A stretch of DNA of 34,366 nt from the NCBI GenBank assembly GCA_022614795.1, contig JAKEHX010000154.1:1-34366 (forward strand). The letters run 5' to 3'. The first letter of the stretch is position 1. Each line of letters starts with the position of its first letter. Below, one piece after another: positions 7,891 to 15,428 of the stretch. Below the pieces are notes generated by a model. That model made no database searches, was not told the DNA's origin, and was given only the letters and a program-made list of their open reading frames with translations. The stretch is from Planctomycetaceae bacterium. GTDB lineage: Bacteria > Planctomycetota > Planctomycetia > Pirellulales > Pirellulaceae. Made by a program: the position numbers and the translations under genes.

Positions 7891-8120
7891 GCCTCTCTCC
7901 CTTCAACTGCCGGTGGCCCGCGAAAATCTGCCGGCGCACCTGCACTGTGTAGCGCAGCGACGGGTCCAATGTTACTGGGGATTCGCTGGTCAACATGGCG
8001 AGTCTTCTCGTCGGCAGGTAGTTGTTACGGCGCGCAACGGCCGAACGTCACAGCGCCACCCTCGTTCGCGGCACCCGCCAACGACCTTTCCCTGCCAGGC
8101 GCACGAAATCGGCGGTTGTG
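7883..8120 (-). promoter_or_regulatory. Conserved 5' leader, copy 2, including a 37-codon upstream ORF (7883-7996) that overlaps the paralog 2 start codon
   Basis: The region 7988-8120 matches the copy-1 leader, including the ATG TTR ACC AGC (MLTS) codons. Here that ATG (7996-7994) opens a short frame ending at TAG 7885-7883, out of frame with the main ATG at 7890-7888. Confidence 0.5.
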
Positions 8121-8133
8121 ACACGACGCACAA

Positions 8134-8173
8134 GCGAATCGCGACGCGATTCGCCCGCAGCGCAAGCTTGCGC
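8134..8173 (-). terminator. Two GC-rich palindromes downstream of the paralog remnant
   Basis: GCGAATCGCG-A-CGCGATTCGC (8134-8154) and the perfect 14-nt palindrome GCGCAAGCTTGCGC (8160-8173). Both lie immediately 3' (minus sense) of the remnant stop codon at 8176-8178. Confidence 0.4.
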
Positions 8174-8175
8174 CT

Positions 8176-8225
8176 TTAGCGGCTCAACTCCAGGCCGGCT
8201 CGGACCGAGTAGCCCGCAAGGTCCC
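8176..8225 (-). pseudogene. 3'-terminal remnant of a third glycine-rich paralog (reads ...AGLELSR-stop)
   Basis: TTAGCGGCTCAACTCCAGGCCGG at 8176-8198 matches the paralog 2 tail TTACCGGCTCAACTTCAGGCCGG (6997-7019) at 21 of 23 nt. It sits in the same position relative to a leader copy. No long ORF continues upstream. Confidence 0.4.
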
Positions 8226-8325
8226 TCTGTGTGTGGCCAAAAATGCTTGCCAGACACGGCCCTCTCTTTTTCTTGCCGCTGCCGGTACATTCAAGTCTCT
8301 GGCCCCTCTCCTGAATGCGGCGTCC

Positions 8326-9744
8326 ATGAGCCGGCTACTGATCAGCGATTATCCGTCGGCACTTGAGTTCCTACTCGGCCGCATCAACTTCGAGCGGACG
8401 GTGGCGGTCCCCTATCACACGGGGGCCTTCAAGCTCGACCGGATGCGGCGACTCCTTTCCCTGGTGGGCGATCCGCACTTGGGCCTGGCGGCGGTGCATA
8501 TCGCCGGCACCAAGGGGAAAGGCTCGACGGCGGCCATGATCGCCGGAGTGCTTCAGGCGGCGGGAATGCGGACAGGACTCTACACTTCGCCGCATCTGGC
8601 GGCCATCGAGGAGCGGATGGCGATCGACGGCGCGCCGTGCAGCCGCGAAGAGTTCGCCACGCTCGCGGCTGAACTGGAAGAGGCCGTGGAGAAGCTGCCC
8701 CTGTTTGGCACGGCGAAGGAAACGGGCGGGCCGACGTTCTTCGAGGTCACGACGGCAATGGCCTTTCTGCACTTCGCGCGGCGGAAGGTCGATTGCGCCG
8801 TGCTCGAGGTCGGCCTGGGGGGCCGGCTCGATTCAACCAATGTCTGCCAGCCAAAAGTCACGATCATCACCAGCATCAGCTTCGACCACACGCGGCAGCT
8901 CGGCAGCACGCTTGCCGCCATCGCGGGCGAAAAGGCGGGAATCATCAAACCGGGCGTACCGGTGATCTCCGGCGTGGTCAAGGACGAGCCGCGGGAGGTC
9001 ATTCGGCGCGTGGCCCGCGAGCAAGGCGCGCCGCTCTTCGAGCGCGGGAAGGAATTTGACTTCGTCACGGGCCCGGCTGGAATCGATTGCCAGGCGCTTG
9101 ACTATTGCGAACCGGACGACGAGCGCGGGCCGGGCTATGCGGTCCGCGGAGTTCGGCTCGGCATGTTTGGCGCGCACCAGGCGGCCAATGCGGCCGTTGC
9201 GATCTGCGCCGTGCGGCGGCTGGTCGAGCAAGGCTGGGCGATCGACGAGGCGGCACTGCGCAGCGGGCTGGCATCCGCCAAGGTGCCCGCGCGGATCGAG
9301 CTGATCAGCGACCGGCCGGTCGTCATTCTCGATGTGGCCCACAACGTGGCCTCGATCGAGGCCCTGCTCGGCGTGCTGGCCGATCGATTCCGCCCCCGCC
9401 GCCGCATCCTGATTTTCGCCAGCAGCAAGGACAAGGACACGGCCGGCATGTTGCGGCTGCTTTTGCCGCGGTTTGACGAGGTGGTATTGACGCGGTACAT
9501 CGAGAACCCACGAGCGGTGGAGATTGATCAGCTTCAGCAATTGGCTGAAAAAGCACTGGGTGCTGACAGCAGCAACGGCGACGCGCAACCCGCGATTCAC
9601 GCCGCCGCCACACCCGGCGAAGCTTGGCGTATCGCCCGAGGGCTGGCGGGTTCCGACGATCTGATTTGCATTTCCGGCTCTTTCTTTTTGGCAGCCGAGT
9701 TGCGGCCCGTAGTGCAGCTAGCCACACTGGGAAGCGCCAGGTAG
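8326..9744 (+). CDS. folC: Bifunctional folylpolyglutamate synthase / dihydrofolate synthase
   Basis: Mur-ligase P-loop HIAGTKGKGST, SPHL motif, and the N-terminus LEFLLGRINFER typical of FolC. ATG 8326 was preferred over track start 8233, whose extra 31 codons overlap the paralog remnant region. Confidence 0.9.
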   Translation: MSRLLISDYPSALEFLLGRINFERTVAVPYHTGAFKLDRMRRLLSLVGDPHLGLAAVHIAGTKGKGSTAAMIAGVLQAAGMRTGLYTSPHLAAIEERMAIDGAPCSREEFATLAAELEEAVEKLPLFGTAKETGGPTFFEVTTAMAFLHFARRKVDCAVLEVGLGGRLDSTNVCQPKVTIITSISFDHTRQLGSTLAAIAGEKAGIIKPGVPVISGVVKDEPREVIRRVAREQGAPLFERGKEFDFVTGPAGIDCQALDYCEPDDERGPGYAVRGVRLGMFGAHQAANAAVAICAVRRLVEQGWAIDEAALRSGLASAKVPARIELISDRPVVILDVAHNVASIEALLGVLADRFRPRRRILIFASSKDKDTAGMLRLLLPRFDEVVLTRYIENPRAVEIDQLQQLAEKALGADSSNGDAQPAIHAAATPGEAWRIARGLAGSDDLICISGSFFLAAELRPVVQLATLGSAR

Positions 9745-9816
9745 GACGGATTTGCATCCGTTGTGTCGTAGGACGGATTTTCAATCCGTCCAGACGGATT
9801 GAAAAATCCGTCCTAC
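9741..9816. repeat. Twin-hairpin palindromic element (GTAGGACGGATT family), three units
   Basis: Unit a 9741-9762 is imperfect. Unit b 9768-9791 is GGACGGATT-TTC-AATCCGTCC. Unit c 9793-9816 is GACGGATT-GAAA-AATCCGTC. Units b and c are reverse complements of each other. The folC stop TAG (9742-9744) lies inside unit a. Confidence 0.8.
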
Positions 9817-9835
9817 GGGACGCGGGAGCCGCACC

Positions 9836-10312
9836 ATGAACATCCCTCGCCGACGTTTTGCAATCGCCGCCGTGCTGCTGGCCCTCAGCGCGGATCTGGC
9901 GGCTGCGCAGGATCCCCTGCGGACCGTGACCGAGGACGATCTGAAAACGGTCAAGGCCCGCGTAGAGACCTTCTTTCAGTCGCTGACCAATCCGGACCTT
10001 GGTCCCGAGCGGGCGTTTCCGGAGCTTATCGGCAACAGTCCTTTGAAGGAGCGGACCGACGAGATCAAGAAGCTGACCGAGCAAGCGGCGGCGCTCGACC
10101 TGCGCTACGGCGACTACAGCGGCCACGACTTTGCCTCGTCGAAAGCCGTCGGGGCGGACCTCGTCTTCCTCAGGTATCTCTACAAGGGGGAGCGCTTTCC
10201 GGTCGTATTCTGCTTCACGTTCTACCGCGCCGGGCCGATCGGCGGCATCGAGCGCCAGTGGTCGCTCATCGGTCTGCGCTTCGACTCGCGGATCGAGGCG
10301 CTCGAGAAATAA
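9836..10312 (+). CDS. Hypothetical secreted protein
   Basis: ATG with GGGAG 7 nt upstream. Signal peptide MNIPRRRFAIAAVLLALSADLAAA/QD. The 158-aa product has globular-looking composition. No family recognised. Confidence 0.65.
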   Translation: MNIPRRRFAIAAVLLALSADLAAAQDPLRTVTEDDLKTVKARVETFFQSLTNPDLGPERAFPELIGNSPLKERTDEIKKLTEQAAALDLRYGDYSGHDFASSKAVGADLVFLRYLYKGERFPVVFCFTFYRAGPIGGIERQWSLIGLRFDSRIEALEK

Positions 10313-10335
10313 CGTTCAGGCCCCTTCGCTCACGT

Positions 10336-10758
10336 TCAATCCAGATTCAACTCCAGATTGGAATTGGACGAGTCGATTGTGAGCTCGTAAGTGGACTTTC
10401 CACTGCCGTATTTGTCGCAAAGCTCCCTGTAGGCCGGCTCGATGTCGGGGGGCACGGGCGTCTTGCTCCCCATGGCCGCCAGGGGGTCGTCGCAATAGAC
10501 CTTGACCTTGCCGCGAAAGACCCCCGGGGTTGACCCGATGAACATCTCGAATTTCCCGCTCGCATCGGTCACTGCCATGCTCGTGGATTTGGTCGTCAAG
10601 TCATCGGGCTCAAATCGCAGATAGACTCCCGGGATCGGTTTTCCCTTGTAGTTGAGCGTGCCGCGAACCGTGCAGAGATTGGGATCAGATCCGCTGCAAC
10701 CGATAGCAGCCACAAGCAGCGGCGCCAGGAGCCAGTGGAACATTGCTTGCGGTTTCAC
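10336..10758 (-). CDS. Lipoprotein with a carboxypeptidase-regulatory-like beta-sandwich (usual partner of DUF1559 genes)
   Basis: GTG start at 10758 with GGGAG 8 nt upstream; an alternative ATG is at 10743. Lipobox LVAAIGC. CTVRGTLNYKGKPIPGVYLRFEPDD...DASGKFEM resembles CarboxypepD_reg-like folds. It lies 54 nt downstream of the DUF1559 gene. Confidence 0.75.
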   Translation of the reverse strand: MKPQAMFHWLLAPLLVAAIGCSGSDPNLCTVRGTLNYKGKPIPGVYLRFEPDDLTTKSTSMAVTDASGKFEMFIGSTPGVFRGKVKVYCDDPLAAMGSKTPVPPDIEPAYRELCDKYGSGKSTYELTIDSSNSNLELNLD

Positions 10759-10812
10759 GATGCAAACTCCCAGCCGGCGTTTTGACGCGGAAGCTATACA
10801 GGGCCGGTTCGA

Positions 10813-11811
10813 TCACGGCAAGGTGACGACTTCCTGCCCATTGCGGGTGAAAGTTCCGTGCCAGGTTGCCTGAGCGATCGTATTGGGCACGAACCGCACG
10901 CTGCCGTCGCATAGTGACGCTTGAATTCCGCCGGGATGGAAACTCCAAACGGTCCGCCCTACCTGTCCCCACGCATACATCAGGGCGGGAATCGGGTTGG
11001 GCGGCATGGGCCGGCCCGTTCCAACGGCCGCAATGGCCATCCCCTGTGAATGATGGTTCACCCAGACGAAAGGATTGGTTGGCAGCCACTTGAACTTCGT
11101 GCCCGAGGGACCGCGACCGAGTTCGGAGAAGGTGCTGGCCTGTTCCAGATGCATGAAAGTATTGCTCGTCCCGTCGGTGATCTCCGCCATCCGGATGCGG
11201 CTGTTCTTGTGGCCGATGCCGTCGCTCGACAGCGCGCGCTCCGGACAGCAGGCGCTAATGTTGATTCCGCCGCCGGAATTCACGGCATAGTCCTTGTAGC
11301 GGCCAGCGGCGGTCGTATTGGGACTCGAAGGGCAGTTGAAGGTCTTGGGCATTTGTTGGCAGGGTCCTACGTTTTGTGCACCGTGCGTCGTTTCGGGACC
11401 AAACGTGCTGAACCAGACATCGGACCGCTCGGCCACATAGGGGCGCTGGTCCACATTGAACTGGACGAGCAGGTTTCCCCCCTCCATGAATGGCAGGATG
11501 CCGACCGGCCAGCCCCACATGCCGTCATAGAACCCGCCGTTGTTTTCGGCCACACCGCTCCTGTTGTTGGCCCCCACTGACCAGGCATTGGCGGCCAGAT
11601 TGCCCGCGGGAAATTGCAGATACGTGTCGTGATAGTTGTGATAGGCAATCGCCAGTTGCTTCAGATTGTTTCCGCACTGGCTGCGGCGCGCGGCCTCGCG
11701 GGCCGCCTGCACCGCAGGCAAGAGCAGCGCCACCAGGACCCCAATGATGGCAATGACGACGAGTAATTCAACGAGTGTGAACCCCCGCCGCGAACGACGA
11801 GAATCGAACAT
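10813..11811 (-). CDS. DUF1559 (H-X9-DG) protein with a prepilin-type N-terminal cleavage/methylation domain
   Basis: GFTLVELLVVIAIIGVLVALLLPAVQAAREAARRSQCGNNLKQLAIAYHNYHDTY is the family signature. The start was trimmed to ATG 11811 (MFDSRRSRRGFTLVELL), with GGAGGA 7 nt upstream. Confidence 0.9.
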   Translation of the reverse strand: MFDSRRSRRGFTLVELLVVIAIIGVLVALLLPAVQAAREAARRSQCGNNLKQLAIAYHNYHDTYLQFPAGNLAANAWSVGANNRSGVAENNGGFYDGMWGWPVGILPFMEGGNLLVQFNVDQRPYVAERSDVWFSTFGPETTHGAQNVGPCQQMPKTFNCPSSPNTTAAGRYKDYAVNSGGGINISACCPERALSSDGIGHKNSRIRMAEITDGTSNTFMHLEQASTFSELGRGPSGTKFKWLPTNPFVWVNHHSQGMAIAAVGTGRPMPPNPIPALMYAWGQVGRTVWSFHPGGIQASLCDGSVRFVPNTIAQATWHGTFTRNGQEVVTLP

Positions 11812-11996
11812 AGACCGATCCTCCGGCACCGATGAAAAGAAGGAAAAGATGCGCTCATCCTGCTGGTGCGAAGCGCGGAGCGAGCGCGGGAATTGTACTG
11901 CCAGCAAAGTGCCACAAGCAAGCGAATTCGCCGCGCAGTGAACTTTTGCGCTCCTGCTCGGTCCGGACGCCGGTCATGGACGACCGAGCTAAGTGG

Positions 11997-14900
11997 TCAG
12001 CGGTTGAACAAGAACGCCGGGCTGTTGATCAGAGCCCAGGCGAGGTCTTGCACGCCGATCTGGCGGGCGTTCTTGGCGGCGTCGGCGGCCTTGCCAACTT
12101 CGGCCGTCAGGCGCGCGAGTTCGCCGTCGAGCGAGCGATAGTGCGCGGCCAGGGCCGCTGCCTGCTCGGGAGTGCGCTTGTCGGCGGGCACGGCGAGCGC
12201 GGCGGCGATTGCTTCAGGGAGCTTGCTCTCCATCACCGGGCGCTTGGCATCGGTCACGCTGATGCGGAACTTGCCCAACAGGTGCATGCCGTCGGGGAAT
12301 TGCTGCGAAATGGTCAGCGTCAGCACGGAGCCGCCGTCGTGAGCGACGTCGGTCTTGGTCTCGAAGATCGCCGTGTGCGTCTTGCCGAACTGGGGCGATA
12401 CGGCCCACCCGGTATCTTCACTGCCGTCGATCGCGGCCGAAACGTGCCAGCCATCCTGGCTGAAATCGGCGGACGCGTTCGCGAGGCCAATCGCTTCGGC
12501 CTTGGCCGGATCGGCCTTGGGAGCGGCCGAGAGTTTCAGCTCGCTGACGACGAAATTGCCGTTTTGTGCCCGGCCGGGTCCGCCGGCGGCGAGCGCCGGA
12601 TCGGCGATGGCTTCCAGGCGAATAGCGGTAATTCCCTTGAGATCGGTCGGCGCGACGAAGGAGTAAACGTCCTTGCCCGTCGTGCCCGTGGCCACGACAG
12701 ACTTGTCGTCTTGCCTGGCGAGCGTTGCACCAACCGCCGACTTAAGCTCGCTCGGATCGAGCGGCGTCCAGACGAGCGGCTTGCCGATCGAGGCTTCCCA
12801 GGCGGCTAATTTGGCGGGAATGGTCTTCTCATATTCGGCCAGGGCAGCGGCGGCTTTGGCCTGCTCGGCGGCGGCGGCCTGGAGGGCATCGACGCCAAGC
12901 GTCAGCTCCTTCTCGGTCGGCTTGCGGGCCAAAAAGCGGATGAAGACCTCTTCGATGAGCTTCTTATCGTCGGGCTCGCTGGTGGCAAGCTTGTTCAGAT
13001 CGCTGCCGCCGTCGGCCAGGGCGTTGGCGACGGTAGGGCCGTTGACGAGCTTCATGATCGGACCGAGGACCATGCCGCTGGACCGCTCGCATTCGCAGGC
13101 CGATTCGCGCACCGGCTTGCCGAAATCTTCGAGAAACGCGTCGGAAATGCCCGCGTCAGGCAGCTCCGCGGCCCGGAAACCGGCGGGCACACCTGGCAAT
13201 CGCTGTGTCGCGCCGGCGGCCATGTGAATCGCGTCGTAGAGCACTTCCGCCGGCAGCCGGCGGGGAATCGCGTGCGAATAGTTGATCGTGTCGTCCTCAT
13301 TCCATTGGTTGGTGGCGACCGAAGCCTGGTACGTCCGCGATTTGCAGATCGTCCGCAAGATGTGCTGCGCGTCGAAGCCGCTGGCGACGAAATCCTTGGT
13401 CAAGGCGTCGAGCAGCTCGGGGTTGGTGGCCGGGTTGCCGGCGCGGATGTCGTCGATCGGCTCGATAATGCCGGGGCCAAAGAGATAGCCCCAGAGGCGA
13501 TTGACGTAGCTCTTGGCAAAATATTGGTTGTCCTTCGATGTGATCCAGCGGGCGAGCTGCTCGCGGCGGGCCGCTTCGGCGGGGGCCTGGTCGCCGTGGG
13601 CATACGGGAATAACGGCGGCACGACCTGGCCGGTGCGGTCGTGCTTCACGTCGCCGCTGCCCGTGTCGTAGATCGCCTCGACCAGCGGTACGGCACCTTC
13701 GACGGCCGAGCCGCCGATATTCTGCCCGGCAAACTCCGGCAGCGGCTTGCGGCCGACCTGGGCGAAATACTGGGATAGCTGGTAATACTGGTCCTGGGTC
13801 CAGCGCTCGAACGGGTGATCGTGGCACTTGTTGCAGTTGAACCGCACGGCGAGGAAGAGGTGCGTTGTGTTTTCCATGGCGGCGGTCGGGTCGCGCAGCA
13901 CTTTCCAATAGGCCGCCGGCGGATTGTCGAGATTCGACCCGCGGGCCGTCAGCACCTCGTACGCCATCTTGTCATACGGCTTATTGGTGGCGATCGATTC
14001 CTTGATCCAGTTCCGCAAAGCAATCGAGCCTTCCTCGCCCAGGAACTTGCGGTTGACCTGCAAGAGATCGGCCCACTTGTTCGTCCAGTGCTCGACATAC
14101 TCGCGGCTGCCGACAAGCTGATCGACAAGGGCGTCGCGCTTGGCTCGGCTTTCGCCCGGCAAGGCAAGGAAGGCCTTGGTTTGTTCGCTGGTGGGCGGCA
14201 GGCCGGTCAGATCGATATAAACGCGGCGAACGAAATCCTCGTCGGTGCACAGGTCGCTCGGCAGAATCTTGACCTGCTGAAGCTTCTTGTCCACAAGCTG
14301 ATCGATGTAATTGAGCTGCGGCTTCTGCTCCCAGGCAAAGCCGGTGCGGTCGCCCATGACGACGATGGTGGTCGCGGCATACGCTCCTTCATAACGGACG
14401 AGGACCGGGGCCTCACCGCGGCGGAGTGTGGTCAGCACGCCGCTCGTGTTGGCTTCGATGATCTCGATGTTGCCGCTTTCGATGAAGGCCTCGCGGGTCA
14501 CGTCGCGCACCAGGCCATCAGCGTAGGTCGCCATCACGGTGACTTGCTGCTTCATGCCGGGACGGGGAACCGTCGGATTGACCGGCAGCACCTCGATCTT
14601 ACTGACGCGCGGGGCCGCCAGGTCGAGCTTCACCCCCTGGCTGATCCAATCGCGGACGAGGGTGTAATACGGATGATCGACGGTCGTGCGGACGCCGCCG
14701 ACATGCGGAATCGAGCCGGTCGCCTTGAGCAACATCAGGCTCTGGTCGGGTGCCGAGCGGTTGAAGCGGCGGCCGCCGATGTCGTCGGTGAAGGCGCGAT
14801 GGTCATAGAGCGCGTCGTAGCCGCGGAGCGAAAGTTTGAAGCCCGCCTTGCCTTCCTTCGCGCCGTGGCAGGTGCCCGCGTTGCAGCCCATGCGGGAAAG

Positions 14901-15320
14901 GGCCGGCTGCACGTCGCGGACATAGCTGACGGTGTGCGGAGCGGTGAAACCGCTGACGGTCACCGGCACGGCTACCGTGTGGCCGGCGAAGGTGAAGGTG
15001 ACCTGGTCGCTGCCGTCGGCCTTCGCGCGTACGAGGCCATCGTTGGACACCGTAACCGCGCCGCCGCTTTGCGACGGCTTGGCGATCCGCGTCAGATCGA
15101 CGATTTCGCCCGTGTCTAGCTTGCCGGTGACGAGCACCTGGCGATAGTCGAACTTATGCTTCAGCTCGACCGCTTGCGGGTGAGCGGCGATGGACACGAC
15201 GTTCAGTCCATCGGGCAGTTTTTCAGCTGGGGCGTCATCGCCGCGGGCAGAGAGGACCAGGGCCGACAGGGCCAGGGCGGAGATCCAGCAGAGTATGCAG
15301 AGCGGGCGGTTGACGTTCAT
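11997..15320 (-). CDS. PSD1/PSCyt2 (DUF1549 + DUF1553) domain-containing giant exported protein
   Basis: CNAGTCHGAKEGKAGFKLSLRGYD (PSCyt2-like), FVRRVYIDLTGLPPTSEQTKAFL (DUF1549) and RFNCNKCHDHPFERWTQDQYY (DUF1553). Signal peptide MNVNRPLCILCWISALALSALVLSARG. Start set at ATG 15320 (GAAGGTGG upstream); an alternative is ATG 15338. Confidence 0.9.
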   Translation of the reverse strand: MNVNRPLCILCWISALALSALVLSARGDDAPAEKLPDGLNVVSIAAHPQAVELKHKFDYRQVLVTGKLDTGEIVDLTRIAKPSQSGGAVTVSNDGLVRAKADGSDQVTFTFAGHTVAVPVTVSGFTAPHTVSYVRDVQPALSRMGCNAGTCHGAKEGKAGFKLSLRGYDALYDHRAFTDDIGGRRFNRSAPDQSLMLLKATGSIPHVGGVRTTVDHPYYTLVRDWISQGVKLDLAAPRVSKIEVLPVNPTVPRPGMKQQVTVMATYADGLVRDVTREAFIESGNIEIIEANTSGVLTTLRRGEAPVLVRYEGAYAATTIVVMGDRTGFAWEQKPQLNYIDQLVDKKLQQVKILPSDLCTDEDFVRRVYIDLTGLPPTSEQTKAFLALPGESRAKRDALVDQLVGSREYVEHWTNKWADLLQVNRKFLGEEGSIALRNWIKESIATNKPYDKMAYEVLTARGSNLDNPPAAYWKVLRDPTAAMENTTHLFLAVRFNCNKCHDHPFERWTQDQYYQLSQYFAQVGRKPLPEFAGQNIGGSAVEGAVPLVEAIYDTGSGDVKHDRTGQVVPPLFPYAHGDQAPAEAARREQLARWITSKDNQYFAKSYVNRLWGYLFGPGIIEPIDDIRAGNPATNPELLDALTKDFVASGFDAQHILRTICKSRTYQASVATNQWNEDDTINYSHAIPRRLPAEVLYDAIHMAAGATQRLPGVPAGFRAAELPDAGISDAFLEDFGKPVRESACECERSSGMVLGPIMKLVNGPTVANALADGGSDLNKLATSEPDDKKLIEEVFIRFLARKPTEKELTLGVDALQAAAAEQAKAAAALAEYEKTIPAKLAAWEASIGKPLVWTPLDPSELKSAVGATLARQDDKSVVATGTTGKDVYSFVAPTDLKGITAIRLEAIADPALAAGGPGRAQNGNFVVSELKLSAAPKADPAKAEAIGLANASADFSQDGWHVSAAIDGSEDTGWAVSPQFGKTHTAIFETKTDVAHDGGSVLTLTISQQFPDGMHLLGKFRISVTDAKRPVMESKLPEAIAAALAVPADKRTPEQAAALAAHYRSLDGELARLTAEVGKAADAAKNARQIGVQDLAWALINSPAFLFNR

Positions 15321-15339
15321 CCGATGTTCCACCTTCATT

Positions 15340-15420
15340 AGCCGGGACCAAACCTGGTCCCGGTTGTGAGCAATTCGATCTTCCACTGCAAGGCTTCCGG
15401 GACCAGGTTTGGTCCCGGCT
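15340..15420. repeat. Twin-hairpin element (CCGGGACCA stems, AACC / GGTT loops)
   Basis: AGCCGGGACCAAACCTGGTCCCGG (15340-15363) is the exact reverse complement of CCGGGACCAGGTTTGGTCCCGGCT (15397-15420). Each arm is itself a 9-bp hairpin. The spacer is 33 nt. It lies between the WD40 gene stop and the PSD1 gene start. Confidence 0.85.
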
Positions 15421-15428
15421 ATTTGGCT

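Noticed and set aside
8233-8325. Upstream extension of folC from the track start
   Set aside because: The extra residues (MAKNACQTRPSLFLAAAGTFKSLAPLLNAAS) overlap the paralog remnant and promoter region. FolC homology begins near MSRLLISDYPSALEFLLGRINFER.
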